Program-made: the position numbers and the translations under genes
Part shown: positions 8,608 through 22,444 of the stretch, one piece after another
How positions within the stretch are numbered: position 1 is the stretch's first letter
Layout of the letters: each line of letters starts with the position of its first letter
Notes under the pieces: model-generated
Databases searched by the model: none
The model's input: only the letters and a program-made list of their open reading frames with translations
Told to the model about the DNA's origin: nothing
Assembly: GCA_963755025.1 (NCBI GenBank)
Contig: CAVWIH010000018.1
Location: 1 to 48,813 of the forward strand
Reading direction: 5' to 3'
DNA length: 48,813 bases
DNA from: an uncultured Actinomycetes bacterium
GTDB taxonomy: Bacteria > Actinomycetota > Thermoleophilia > UBA2241

Positions 8608-9440
8608 CGCGACTCCTGCGGTCGCGGCTCGCCGGGCCCTGCCGGGTCGAGGCGCAGCAGCTCGAAGGGGAACACGGGGCCCTCGACGCAGACGCGCAGG
8701 TAGCCCTGGGTGGTGGGCACGACGCAGCCGTGGCAGGCGCCGGTGCCGCAGGCCATGTGCGCCTCGAGCGAGGCGTAGCCCGCAAGGCCGGCTCGCGCGA
8801 CCCAGGCCTGGATCGCGGCGAGCATCGGGGCCGGGCCGCAGGCGAGCACGCTCGCCTGCGGCCCGGCCCCGGACTCGCGCGCCGCGTCGAGGGCGCTGCC
8901 GCGCCGGCCCACGCTGCCGTCGTCGGTGGCCACCCAGAGGTCGTCGATGGCGAAGGCGCCGACAAGCCGGGCCTGGGCGCGGTCGCGAAAGCCGAAGGTG
9001 GCCGTGACCGCCGCGCCGCGGGCGCGCAGCGCGTCGGCCACGAACTGCAGCGGGGCGACGCCGATGCCGCCGCCCACGAGCAGCGCGGCGCGCAGGCCGT
9101 CGAGCGGAAAGCCGTTGCCCAGTGGGCCGGCCAGCTCGAGCGAGTCGGCGACGCCCGACTCGGCCAGCTCGCGCGAGCCCTCGCCGCGCGGCTCGATGAG
9201 CAGGCGCACGCGGTCGCCGTCGACCGAGTGCAGCGACAGCGGCCGCCGCAGGCGAAAGCCCGTCCCCGGCGGGGCGACCATGACGAACTGCCCGGGCCGC
9301 GCGACGGCCGCGATGGCCGGCGCCAGCACGGTGAGCAGGCTGTAGGGACCGAACGAGCGGCGCTCGACCACGCGGTAGCGTCCGCTCGTCGCCGTCGCGC
9401 AACCCTGCTCGACTGGTGCGTTCGTCGCCGCGTCGGCCAT
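8604..9440 (-). CDS. pyrK: Dihydroorotate dehydrogenase electron-transfer subunit
   Basis: PGQFVMV, LRRPLS, GPLGNGF, GGGIGVAP, and 2Fe-2S motif MACGTGACHGC...VCVEGPVF. Confidence 0.96.
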   Translation of the reverse strand: MADAATNAPVEQGCATATSGRYRVVERRSFGPYSLLTVLAPAIAAVARPGQFVMVAPPGTGFRLRRPLSLHSVDGDRVRLLIEPRGEGSRELAESGVADSLELAGPLGNGFPLDGLRAALLVGGGIGVAPLQFVADALRARGAAVTATFGFRDRAQARLVGAFAIDDLWVATDDGSVGRRGSALDAARESGAGPQASVLACGPAPMLAAIQAWVARAGLAGYASLEAHMACGTGACHGCVVPTTQGYLRVCVEGPVFPFELLRLDPAGPGEPRPQESR

Positions 9441-9462
9441 CGCCTCTCCCCTCTCGCCGTTC

Positions 9463-12665
<3,203 letters not shown>

Positions 12666-12667
12666 GG

Positions 12668-13821
<1,154 letters not shown>

Positions 13822-13829
<8 letters not shown>

Positions 13830-15141
13830 GGTCGTCGAGGGCGATGCGTCCCGCGGCGATCGTGAGGACCGCGCGGCCCTGCAGCGTCTGGCCCAGCCAG
13901 GCCGAGTTGGTCGACTTGGAGTGCAGCCCGGCGGCCTCGACCAGCCAGGGCGTGTCGACGTCGATCAGGCAGAGGTCGGCCTGCGCTCCGACGGCGAGGG
14001 TCGGCGCCGGCAACCCGGCGATCAGGGCCGGCGCCTGGCTCATGCGCGTCACCAGGACGTCGAGCGGCAACTCGCCGCTGCGCACCAGGCCGCTGTAGAG
14101 CGCGGCGAAGGCGGTCTCGAGGCCGGTCGTGCCGAAGGGCGCGGCCTCGAACGGCACCTCCTTCTCCTGCTGGGCGTGCGGCGCATGGTCGGTGGCGACG
14201 CAGTCGACGAGGCCGCTGCGTAGCGCCTCGACGAGCGCCCGGCGGTCGGCGTCGGCGCGCAGCGGCGGGTTCATCTTGAGGTTCGAGTCGAGGCTCGTGA
14301 CGCAGTCGTCGGTGAGCGTGAGGTGGTGCGGGGTGGCCTCGGCGGTCACCGGCAGGCCGAGGTCGCGGGCCCGCGCCAGGTGCTCGAGGGCGAGCTCCGT
14401 GCTCAGGTGGCAGAGGTGCAGGCGGCCCTGTTCGTAGCGCGCCACTTCGAGGGCACGGGCCACGTCGGCGCTCTCGGCGATCGCCGGGATGCCGCCCAGG
14501 CCGAGCTTGGCCGAGACCGCGCCCTCGTGCATGACCCCCGAGCCCTGCAGCGACTCGTCCTGGGCGTGCACCGCGACGAAGCGGTCGGTCACCTTGGCGT
14601 ACTGCAACGCGCGGCGCAGCAACTGGGCGTCTTTCACGGGCACGCCGTCGTCGCTGAAGCCCACGGCGCCGACGCCGGCGAGCTCGTGCATCTCGGTCAG
14701 CCGCTTGCCGGCCAGGCCGACGCTCATGGCGGCGAAGAAGCCGGTGGGCACGCTCGCTTCGGCGCTCGCCTGGCGGGCGAGGCCCTCGAGCACGGCCGCC
14801 GAGTCGACCACGGGGTCGGTGTTGGCCATGCCGAAGACGGCGACGTAGCCGCCGGCCGCGGCCGCCGCCGAGGCCGTGACCAGGTCTTCTTCGTCTTCGC
14901 GGCCCGGCGTGCGCAGGTGGGTGTGCAGGTCGACGAAGCCGGGCAGCAGCAGCTTGCCCTCGCCGTCGACGACACGCACGCGGGCGGGCGCCGCGAGGCC
15001 CTCGCCGACGGCCGCGATGCGCCCCTTGCGCACCAGCACGTCGATCACCTGGTCGAGGCCGGCCAGCGGATCGACGGCGCGGGCGCCGCGCACGAGGACC
15101 TCGGCGCCGGGGCCTGCTTTGCTCCACGTGCGCACCGTCAT
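13822..15141 (-). CDS. pyrC: Dihydroorotase
   Basis: [49 protein letters not shown]; ATGA overlap with pyrB. Confidence 0.96.
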
Positions 15142-16082
15142 GCCGCGCCCCTTTCGTCGGTCGTGCGTTCGTCGTAGCCAGCGATAGTGCGGTAGAGGAT
15201 GGCCATGCGCACGGCGAGGCCGCTCTCGACCTGCTCCAGGATGAGCGTGTCGGGGTGGTCGGCGATCGCCGGGCTGATCTCGACGCCGCGGTTGATGGGC
15301 CCGGGGTGCATGACCTTCTGGCCCGGGCGCAGCCGCTCGAGGGTCATGCCGTAGAGCGACGAGTACTCGCGCAGCGAGGGGATGAAGTTGGCGCCCTCGG
15401 CCATGCGTTCCATCTGCATGCGCAGCAGGTAGACGACGTCGGCCTCGGCCATGCGGTCGAGCGAGTACTCGACCTTCACGCCCAGGCTCTCGATGTCGCG
15501 CGGCATGAGCGCCGGCGGGCCGGCGACCGTGACCTCCATACCCAGCAGCTGAAAGCCGGCGATGTCGCTGCGCGCCACGCGGCTGTGCAGGACGTCGCCG
15601 ACGATCCAGACCTTCATACCGTCGAGATCGCGGCCCAGCGCCTGGCGCATGGTGAACAGGTCGAGCAGGCACTGCGAGGGGTGCTGGAACTTGCCGTCGC
15701 CGGCGTTCACCACGCTGGCCTGCGTGTAGCGGCTGGCCAGGCGGCAGGCGCCGATCTGCGGGTGGCGCATGACGATGATGTCGGGCTGGTAGGCCGAGAG
15801 CGTGAGGATGGTGTCCTTGAGCGACTCGCCCTTGTCGACCGCGGAGCCCGAGGCGCGCACGTTCATGGTGTCGGCCGACAGGCGCTTAGCGGCCAGCTCG
15901 AAGCTCGTCAGCGTGCGCGTCGAGGACTCGTAGAACATGTTGATGATGGTGCGCCCGCGCAGGGTCGGCACCTTCTTGATATCGCGTTGCAGCACGGGCA
16001 GGAAGCTTTCGGCCGTCTCGAGGATGAGCTCGGCGTCGGCGCGCGTGAGGTCGTCGATCGAGAGCAGGTCTCGCTTGGCCAT
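15138..16082 (-). CDS. pyrB: Aspartate carbamoyltransferase catalytic subunit
   Basis: FYESSTRTLTSFE, NAGDG...HPSQ, GDVLHSRVARS, MHPGPINRGVEI. Confidence 0.97.
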   Translation of the reverse strand: MAKRDLLSIDDLTRADAELILETAESFLPVLQRDIKKVPTLRGRTIINMFYESSTRTLTSFELAAKRLSADTMNVRASGSAVDKGESLKDTILTLSAYQPDIIVMRHPQIGACRLASRYTQASVVNAGDGKFQHPSQCLLDLFTMRQALGRDLDGMKVWIVGDVLHSRVARSDIAGFQLLGMEVTVAGPPALMPRDIESLGVKVEYSLDRMAEADVVYLLRMQMERMAEGANFIPSLREYSSLYGMTLERLRPGQKVMHPGPINRGVEISPAIADHPDTLILEQVESGLAVRMAILYRTIAGYDERTTDERGAA

Positions 16083-16083
16083 C

Positions 16084-16662
16084 TCAGACCTCCTGGGCCG
16101 GGCTGACGAGCACGACCTCGTCTCTGCCGTCGGACTCGGAGAGCAGCACCTCGATGCGCTCGCGCCGGGCGGTGGGCAGGTTCTTGCCGATGTAGTCCGG
16201 CCTGATGGGCAGCTCGCGGTGGCCGCGGTCGACGAGCACGGCGAGCTGCACGCGCGCCGGCCGGCCGTAGTCGAAGAGGGCGTCGATGGCCGCCCTGATC
16301 GTGCGGCCCGTGTAGAGGACGTCGTCGACCAGCACGATCGTGGCGCCGTCGACCGCGAAGTCGAGGTCGGTGCTCTTGACGATCGGGTTGGGCGTGGCCG
16401 GCACGACGCCGTAGGCGCCGCGGGCGGCGACGTCGTCGCGGTAGAAGGAGATGTCGAGGTCGCCGCTCGGGATCTCGCGCCCCGCGATGTCGCCCAGGAT
16501 GGCGTGCAGGCGGCGCGCCAGGAAGGCGCCCCTGGTGTGGATGCCGACGATCGCCAGGCGCTCGTCGCCCGCGTTCTTCTCGAGGATCTCGTGGGCCATG
16601 CGGGTGACGGTGCGGCCCAGCTGGTCGCCCGTCATCACGACCCTGTCGCCGGCGTCAGGCAT
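16084..16662 (-). CDS. pyrR: Pyrimidine operon regulator/uracil phosphoribosyltransferase PyrR
   Basis: LDISFYRDD, VLVDDVLYTGRT, VDRGHRELPIRPDYIGKNLPT; ATG 16662 lies just after the leader terminator. Confidence 0.97.
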   Translation of the reverse strand: MPDAGDRVVMTGDQLGRTVTRMAHEILEKNAGDERLAIVGIHTRGAFLARRLHAILGDIAGREIPSGDLDISFYRDDVAARGAYGVVPATPNPIVKSTDLDFAVDGATIVLVDDVLYTGRTIRAAIDALFDYGRPARVQLAVLVDRGHRELPIRPDYIGKNLPTARRERIEVLLSESDGRDEVVLVSPAQEV

Positions 16663-16755
16663 AAAAAAACACCGCCTCATGGTGGGCGGCGTCGCGGTCT
16701 GCATGGTGCGTCATCGGGCACCCCTTTCCGGTCTCACAGGACCTGGACTTAAAGG
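16663..16755 (-). promoter_or_regulatory. PyrR-binding attenuator leader (binding loop plus intrinsic terminator)
   Basis: mRNA CCUUUAA-GUCC-AGGUCCUGUGAGACC-GGA-AAGG (16755-16723) fits the PyrR binding-loop consensus; downstream GACGCCGCC...GGCGGUGUUUUUUU terminator (16693-16663). Confidence 0.9.
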
Positions 16756-16763
16756 TTTTCTCG

Positions 16764-16792
16764 ACTGTAGCCCGCGCGGGTCGGGCGGTCAA
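16764..16792 (-). promoter_or_regulatory. pyr operon promoter
   Basis: TTGACC (16792-16787), 17-nt spacer, TACAGT (16769-16764), placing the start just before the PyrR loop. Confidence 0.8.
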
Positions 16793-16814
16793 GAGCGTGC
16801 GGGCCCTTTCGCCG

Positions 16815-17714
16815 CTACGCGTCGGCGAGCCCCGCGAGGAACGCGGCGAGGTCGGCGGGCAGGGGCGCGTCGAAGACGAGCGGCGCGCCGGTGAGCGGGT
16901 GGGCGAACTCGAGGTGCGCGGCGTGCAGGAACTGACGGGCGAGCCCGGCGGGACGACGTTCGCGCCCGCCGTAGGTGACGTCGCCGGCCACCGGGTACCC
17001 CAGGGCGGCGAAGTGCACCCTGATCTGGTGGGTGCGGCCGGTCTCGAGGCGCACGTCGAGCAGGGTGTAGCCGGCGAGGCGGCGCCGCACCGTGAAGTGC
17101 GTGACCGCGCGCCGCGGCTGCGTGGTATGGATCGACATGCGCTTGCGGTCGCGCACGTGGCGCCCGAGGGGGGCGTCGATCGTGCCGCTGTCCTGGGGCA
17201 GGGCGCCCACCAGCAGGGCCACGTAGCGCCGGGCGATCTCGCGGCGCGCCATCTGTTCGACGAGGCGGCGGTGCGCCGCGACCGTGCGCGCCACGATGAG
17301 CAGCCCCGAGGTGTCGCGGTCGAGGCGGTGCACCACCCCGGGGCGCGACTCGTGCCCGCCGGCGATGCCGTGGGGCAGCAGTCCCTGGACCAGCGTGCCG
17401 TGCTCGTTGCCCGGCGCCGGGTGCACGACCACGCCGGCCGGCTTGTCGACGACCAGCAGCGCTTCGTCTTCGTAGACCAGCGTGTACGGCACATCTTCGG
17501 CGACGAGGGTGGCCGCCGGCTCGGGCGGCAGCTCGTAGGCGAGCGTCTCGCCCCCGCGCAGCACGCGCCCCTTGCCGGCCGGCGCGCCGTCGACCGTGAC
17601 GGCGCCCGCTTCGATCAGGTGCTGGGCGGCCGCCCGGCTCACGCCCAGACGGCGCCCCAGCGCGGTGTCGAGCCGCACGCCGGCCTCGGCGGCGCCCGCG
17701 ACGAACTCGCTCAC
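16815..17714 (-). CDS. rluD: RluA-family 23S rRNA pseudouridine synthase with S4 domain (RluD-like)
   Basis: RLD S4 start, VDKPAGVVVHP, catalytic VHRLDRDTSG, LETGRTHQIRVH, QFLHA; lspA-rluD-pyrR synteny. Confidence 0.92.
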   Translation of the reverse strand: MSEFVAGAAEAGVRLDTALGRRLGVSRAAAQHLIEAGAVTVDGAPAGKGRVLRGGETLAYELPPEPAATLVAEDVPYTLVYEDEALLVVDKPAGVVVHPAPGNEHGTLVQGLLPHGIAGGHESRPGVVHRLDRDTSGLLIVARTVAAHRRLVEQMARREIARRYVALLVGALPQDSGTIDAPLGRHVRDRKRMSIHTTQPRRAVTHFTVRRRLAGYTLLDVRLETGRTHQIRVHFAALGYPVAGDVTYGGRERRPAGLARQFLHAAHLEFAHPLTGAPLVFDAPLPADLAAFLAGLADA

Positions 17715-17720
17715 GGGCGC

Positions 17721-18179
17721 TCAGGCCCCGTCGCCGGAGCGCCCCTCGGGGGCGGGCCGCAGGACGGCGACGGCGATCAGCACGGCGCCCACGGCGATGG
17801 CGACGTCGCCCACGTTGAAGGTAGGCCACGGGCCTACGCCCACATAGTCGAGCACGTAGCCGAAGCGCAGCCGGTCGATGAGGTTGCCGAGGGCGCCGCC
17901 GAGCACGAGCGCCAGCGGCAACGCAAAGCGCGCCGGCGCCTTGAAGAGAGCCACCGCCAGGGCCACGCAGACCACGGCGATCAGCACCCGTAGCCACGCC
18001 CCGCTGCCCGAGAAGCGGCTGAACGAGATGCCGGTGTTCTGCGCCACGCGGATGGCGAGCTCGCGGCCGAGCGTCCAGGGCAGGTGGGCGGATTCGTGGC
18101 GCACCGCCCAGCCGGCGAGCTGGTCGAGGGCGGCGACGCCCACGGCCAGCGCCGCCGCCTTGAGGCGCACGTCGCTCAC
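17721..18179 (-). CDS. lspA: Lipoprotein signal peptidase II
   Basis: [32 protein letters not shown] motifs. Confidence 0.95.
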   Translation of the reverse strand: MSDVRLKAAALAVGVAALDQLAGWAVRHESAHLPWTLGRELAIRVAQNTGISFSRFSGSGAWLRVLIAVVCVALAVALFKAPARFALPLALVLGGALGNLIDRLRFGYVLDYVGVGPWPTFNVGDVAIAVGAVLIAVAVLRPAPEGRSGDGA

Positions 18180-18260
18180 GGCCGCACGCTGCGGCCGGCC
18201 GGCACGGTCACTGCTGGGGCGAGCCGCACTCCGCGGACGCGGTCGCGCGGCGGCCGGGGC

Positions 18261-19295
18261 TCACCACTTGAAGGCGTTGTCGTCGACCTCGCTGTCGACG
18301 TCGGCCAGCAGGTCGTCGGGATCGCCCAGGAACGGCGCCCGGGGATCGCTGCCGGACCGTTCGGTCGCCGCCTGGGCCGGCGCCGGCGCGGTTTCGGGGC
18401 GCGGTGCGACAGGCGGTGCGGCGCGGGTGCTGTCGGTCGCTTCGGGCGTGTCAGCCGTCTCGGGCGTGTCAGCCGTCTCGGGCGTGTCGGTCGCAGGCGC
18501 GGCGGGCCGTGCTGCGGCCGGCGCGGCGGCGGCAGGCGGCTCGTCGACCGGCGCGGCGGGCGGCGTGGAGGCGGAGGTCTGGTCGGCCGGGTGCGCCTCG
18601 TCGTCGCGGGCGGGCGGCGCCTCGGCCGGACGCTGGGCTGCGGGGGCCGGCGCCTGGGCGGGCGCCGCGGCCGATGGCGCGACCGGGGCCGCGGGCGGCG
18701 TCACGGCGGCCGGCGCGGGCGCTGTCGGCGGCGCCTCGCGCGGCGCTTCGGGCTGCGCCGCAGGGGCGCTTGCGTGACTGGCCGCGTCGCTTGCCATGGC
18801 GTTTCTGATCTGCTCGGCCTGGCCGGCGAACTGGGCGGCTTTACGCGTGTCGTCTTCGGACTCGGTGAGCTGCTTGGTGTAGCCCTCGAGCAGCGAGCGG
18901 AACTTGAAGCGGAAGTCCTGCTCGGAGCTCTTGAGCACGACGATCTGCTTTTCGACCGCCTGCTTGTCGCCGTAGGACTGGTTGACCATCTGCCGCGCCT
19001 TGAGCTCGGCCTCGCTCAGCATGAGCTGGGCCTCTTTTTGGGCGTTGGCCTTGAGCTCCTCGGCGCTGCGCTGGGCGGCGACCAGGGTGTTCTGCAGGGT
19101 CTCTTCGAGGTTGCGGTACTGGTCGAGCTTCTCCTGCAGGGCCTCGCCGCGCTCGGTGAGCTCGATGTTCTCTTTGAAGAGCCGCTCGAACTCGTCGGCG
19201 ACCTCGTCGAGGAACTCGTCGACCTCGCCGTCGACATATCCGCGCATGCCGCGTTTGAACTCTTTGTGGCGAATGTCTAGCGGGGTCAGCTTCAT
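18261..19295 (-). CDS. divIVA: DivIVA/Wag31-family coiled-coil protein with long Ala/Pro-rich tail
   Basis: MKLTPLDIRHKEFKRGMRGYVDGEVDEFLD N-terminus, coiled coil, downstream of yggT. Confidence 0.94.
   Translation of the reverse strand: MKLTPLDIRHKEFKRGMRGYVDGEVDEFLDEVADEFERLFKENIELTERGEALQEKLDQYRNLEETLQNTLVAAQRSAEELKANAQKEAQLMLSEAELKARQMVNQSYGDKQAVEKQIVVLKSSEQDFRFKFRSLLEGYTKQLTESEDDTRKAAQFAGQAEQIRNAMASDAASHASAPAAQPEAPREAPPTAPAPAAVTPPAAPVAPSAAAPAQAPAPAAQRPAEAPPARDDEAHPADQTSASTPPAAPVDEPPAAAAPAAARPAAPATDTPETADTPETADTPEATDSTRAAPPVAPRPETAPAPAQAATERSGSDPRAPFLGDPDDLLADVDSEVDDNAFKW
18443..18490 (-). repeat. In-frame 18-bp tandem repeat (about 2.7 copies) encoding DTPETA in the DivIVA tail
   Basis: cgggcgtgtcagccgtct occurs twice, followed by a partial third copy. 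Confidence 0.85.
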
Positions 19296-19318
19296 CGGGC
19301 CTCCAGTCTTCGCGCGGT

Positions 19319-19588
19319 CTAGAGCCGAACGACGATACGTTGGACGATCAACAGGACCACGAGCCCGACCAGCGGGCTGAGATCGAGGGCGGAGTTGCCG
19401 AGCCGCACCGTCGGGATGAACCGCCGGAAGAAGCGCAGGTAGGGCTCGGTCACGTCGTAGAGCACAGTGTACAGCCTGTAGAGGAGTGAGCCTGAACGCA
19501 GCGGCACCCAGCTCAGCAGGACGCGCGCGAAGATGGCGAACGTGTAGAGAGTGAGCGCGTAGGCGACGATGGCGACGATCAGGTTCAC
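19319..19588 (-). CDS. yggT: YggT family membrane protein
   Basis: ARVLLSWVP...TEPYLRFFRRFIP...LDLSPLV; GTG 19588 overlaps the proC stop. Confidence 0.94.
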   Translation of the reverse strand: MNLIVAIVAYALTLYTFAIFARVLLSWVPLRSGSLLYRLYTVLYDVTEPYLRFFRRFIPTVRLGNSALDLSPLVGLVVLLIVQRIVVRL

Positions 19589-20385
19589 GACGCGCCCCGG
19601 GCACGGTCGACCGCGGCGGCCACCGCCGCGGCCAGGGCCGCGCGCAGTCCGCTCGCCTCGAGCACGTCGACCCCGGCGGCCGTCATGCCGCCCGGCGTCG
19701 CGATGGCGCGGCGCACGCCGACGGGATCGCCCTCGCGCACTACGAGCTCGGCCGACCCGGCGACCGCCGCGCCGGCAAGTTCGCGGGCCATGGTCTCGCT
19801 CAACCCCGCCGTCACCCCCGCCCCGGCCAGGGCTTCGATGAACAGAGCCGTGAAGCCGGGGCCGCACCCGGCGACCGCGGTCGCCGGATCGAACTGGTCC
19901 TCAGACAGCTCTACCACCGTTCCGCTCAAGCCGAACAAGGCGCCCACCTGAGCTGCCTGCGGGGCGCTGAGCGTGCCTGGCACGAGCAGAAAGACGCCGC
20001 GCCCTATGGCGGCCGCCACGTTGGGCATGACGCGCGCCACGTGCGCCGCCGGCGGCAGGCCGGCGAGCAGGTCGTCGAGCGGCACCGCGGCGGCCAGCGA
20101 CACGAGCGGCCGCCCGTCGAGCAGCGGCGCCACGGCGGCCAGAGCGGCGCCGACGTCGGTCGGCCGCATGGCGAAGACCACGAGGTCGCTCGCGGCGACG
20201 AGCTCGGCGGGCGTGGAGAACGCGATGGCGTCGTAGTCAGCGGCAAAGGCCGCCGCCTGGCCCGGCAGAGGGTCGTAAGCGCCGAGCGCCGGCCGCAAGG
20301 CGGGCTCGAGCAGGGGCTGACGCCAACCCTCAGCGAGGGCCCGGGCGATGTGCCCGGCGCCGAGGAATCCCGTACGTACGGTCAA
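19585..20385 (-). CDS. proC: Pyrroline-5-carboxylate reductase
   Basis: GFLGAGHI, VSLAAAV, RVMPN, TAVAGCGPGF, IATPGGMT. Confidence 0.93.
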   Translation of the reverse strand: MTVRTGFLGAGHIARALAEGWRQPLLEPALRPALGAYDPLPGQAAAFAADYDAIAFSTPAELVAASDLVVFAMRPTDVGAALAAVAPLLDGRPLVSLAAAVPLDDLLAGLPPAAHVARVMPNVAAAIGRGVFLLVPGTLSAPQAAQVGALFGLSGTVVELSEDQFDPATAVAGCGPGFTALFIEALAGAGVTAGLSETMARELAGAAVAGSAELVVREGDPVGVRRAIATPGGMTAAGVDVLEASGLRAALAAAVAAAVDRARGAS

Positions 20386-20915
20386 AACTGGTTGAAGAAC
20401 CCTTTCTCAATGAGGCGGGCGCGTTCTTCGGCCGACACTTCGACGTTGCGCGGCGTGAGCAGGAAGACCTTGTCGGCCACCCGCTGCATGCCTCCGTCGA
20501 GGGCGTACGTGAGGCCGCTGGCGAAGTCGATGAGGCGCTTCGAGAGATCGGTGTCGGAGCTCTGCAGGTTGACGATCACGGGGATGTCGACCTTGAACTT
20601 GTCGGCGATCTGCTGGGCGTCGTTGAAGTTCTTGGGGATGACGAGGTGCACCTCGACGCGCTGCGGCCGGGCCGGCTCGATGGGCCGCACCACCGCGGCG
20701 CGCGGGGCGCGCGCCGGCGGCTCGTCGGCGAAGATGTCGTCGTAGTCGCCCTGCCGGGCGCGCGCGCCGCGGCTCAGCTTGCGCACGTTGGGGCGTTCCT
20801 GGTAGGAGCGCTCGAGCTCTTCGGGCGGGGCGAGCGTCTCTTCGTCGTCGTACTCCTCGTCTTCGGAGATGCCGAAGTAGATCATCACCTTGTGCCAGCT
20901 ATCGCCTAGGCCCAT
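20382..20915 (-). CDS. sepF: Cell division protein SepF
   Basis: PKNFNDAQQIADKF...RLIDFASGLTYALDGGMQRVADKVFLLTPRNVEV. Confidence 0.96.
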   Translation of the reverse strand: MGLGDSWHKVMIYFGISEDEEYDDEETLAPPEELERSYQERPNVRKLSRGARARQGDYDDIFADEPPARAPRAAVVRPIEPARPQRVEVHLVIPKNFNDAQQIADKFKVDIPVIVNLQSSDTDLSKRLIDFASGLTYALDGGMQRVADKVFLLTPRNVEVSAEERARLIEKGFFNQF

Positions 20916-20933
20916 CGTCCCTCCCGGTCCGCA

Positions 20934-21623
20934 TCAGAAGAGCACGCTTCCGACGCGGACGATCGTCGCACCCTCTCGCACCGCTACCTGGTAATCGACA
21001 CTCGTGCCCATCGACAACTGCGCGAAAGTATATCTTCCGGCCCAGCGACTCGAAAGGTCGGCGGCGAGCTGTCTGGCCTGCGCGAAGTACGGCGCCGTCT
21101 GCTGAGGGTCGGCAAGCAGCGGCGGCATGCACATGAGTCCGGTGAAGGACACCTTGTCGCACGCCGCTGCTTCGTCGAGGAAGCGATCGACCTGATCGAC
21201 CCCGACACCCGCCTTCGATCCTTCGGCGGCGATGTTCACTTCGAGCAGCACGTCTACTGGATTCGCGGCGCGGCCCTGAAGTTCCTCTACGACACTCTTC
21301 GTCGAGACTGAATGGATGAGCCGCACCAGGGGCAGGACGAGCTTCACCTTGCGGCTCTGCAGGTTGCCGATGAAGTCGAAGACGAAGTCGCCGGCGTAAA
21401 GCTCGTGCTTGGCGGCCAGGTCCTGGGCGCGATTCTCGCCCACCAGCACGACGCCGGCGTCGCGTAGCACGCCCATGTCTTCGGGGGCGACGTATTTGGT
21501 GGCCACGACGATCTCGACCTCGCCGGCCGCGCGGCCCGCCCGGCGGGCGGCCTCGTCGACGCGCTCGCGCACCTCGGCGAAACGCCCGCGTACGTGGTCG
21601 GCCGTGCCTGTGAACTGCTTCAC
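20934..21623 (-). CDS. yggS: PLP homeostasis protein YggS/PLPBP
   Basis: VVATKY, GENRAQD, FIGNLQSRK, LLEVNI, GLMCMPP, LSMGTSVDY, RVGSVLF; GTG at 21623. Confidence 0.95.
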   Translation of the reverse strand: MKQFTGTADHVRGRFAEVRERVDEAARRAGRAAGEVEIVVATKYVAPEDMGVLRDAGVVLVGENRAQDLAAKHELYAGDFVFDFIGNLQSRKVKLVLPLVRLIHSVSTKSVVEELQGRAANPVDVLLEVNIAAEGSKAGVGVDQVDRFLDEAAACDKVSFTGLMCMPPLLADPQQTAPYFAQARQLAADLSSRWAGRYTFAQLSMGTSVDYQVAVREGATIVRVGSVLF

Positions 21624-22444
21624 GCGCTTCCTCCTGTGATCCAGGCGATGGCCGCCTGGCGGCCGGTGCTGCCGTGCTCGCGGCGATGCGAGAAGAACTC
21701 GTGGTCGTGACAGGTGCACAGGCCGCTCGTCACCACGTCGGCGGCGGCGAAGCCGCTCGCCGCGAGCTGGCGGCGGGCCGCCTCCCACAGGTCGACGCGC
21801 CCCTCCCGCCAGGTGCCGGCGAAGGCGGCTTCGAAAGCCTCGCCCACGTCGGGCGAGACGGCGAAGCAGCAGGGCCCGATGCTCGGACCGATGACCGCGG
21901 CGGCCGGTCGGCCGCCCGCGGCGGCCACGGCGCGCGCCGCCTGGGCGACGATGCCGGCCAGCATGCCGCGCCAGCCGGCGTGTACGAGGGCCACGGCCCG
22001 CGCGGGCCGGCCGGCGACGAGCAGCACGGGCACGCAGTCGGCGAAGCTGACGAACAGCGGCAGCCCCGGCTCGCGAGTGAGCAGGCCGTCGGTCCGGGCG
22101 ATCACGCCGGCGCCGCCGAGAGCGCCGTGGCCGCGCTCCCCGCTCCCCACCTCGGCCACGGTGGTGCCGTGGATCTGTCCGGGCACGACGAGGTCGTGGG
22201 CGGACACGCCGACGGCGGCGGCGAAGGCGGACCGGTTGTGCCGCACCGCCTCGGCGTCGTCACCGGTGGCAAGGCCGAGGTTCAGCGAGTCGTAGGGCGG
22301 CGCGGAGACGCCGCCGAGACGGGTCGAGAAGGCCGCTCGCCAGCCCTCGCCGCGCGCCTCGTACCAGACCGGCCCGCCGTCGTCGCGACGCCGCAGCGGC
22401 CCGGCCGCGCCGGCACTCACTTCTGGTGTGATCGCGGCCGTCAC
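21620..22444 (-). CDS. pgeF: Peptidoglycan editing factor PgeF/YfiH (laccase-like domain)
   Basis: FSTRLGGVS..Y.SLNLG, QIHG, DGLLT, ADCVPVL, HAGWRG, GPSIGPCCF, LCT, FFSHRR, GRQ. Confidence 0.95.
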   Translation of the reverse strand: MTAAITPEVSAGAAGPLRRRDDGGPVWYEARGEGWRAAFSTRLGGVSAPPYDSLNLGLATGDDAEAVRHNRSAFAAAVGVSAHDLVVPGQIHGTTVAEVGSGERGHGALGGAGVIARTDGLLTREPGLPLFVSFADCVPVLLVAGRPARAVALVHAGWRGMLAGIVAQAARAVAAAGGRPAAAVIGPSIGPCCFAVSPDVGEAFEAAFAGTWREGRVDLWEAARRQLAASGFAAADVVTSGLCTCHDHEFFSHRREHGSTGRQAAIAWITGGSA

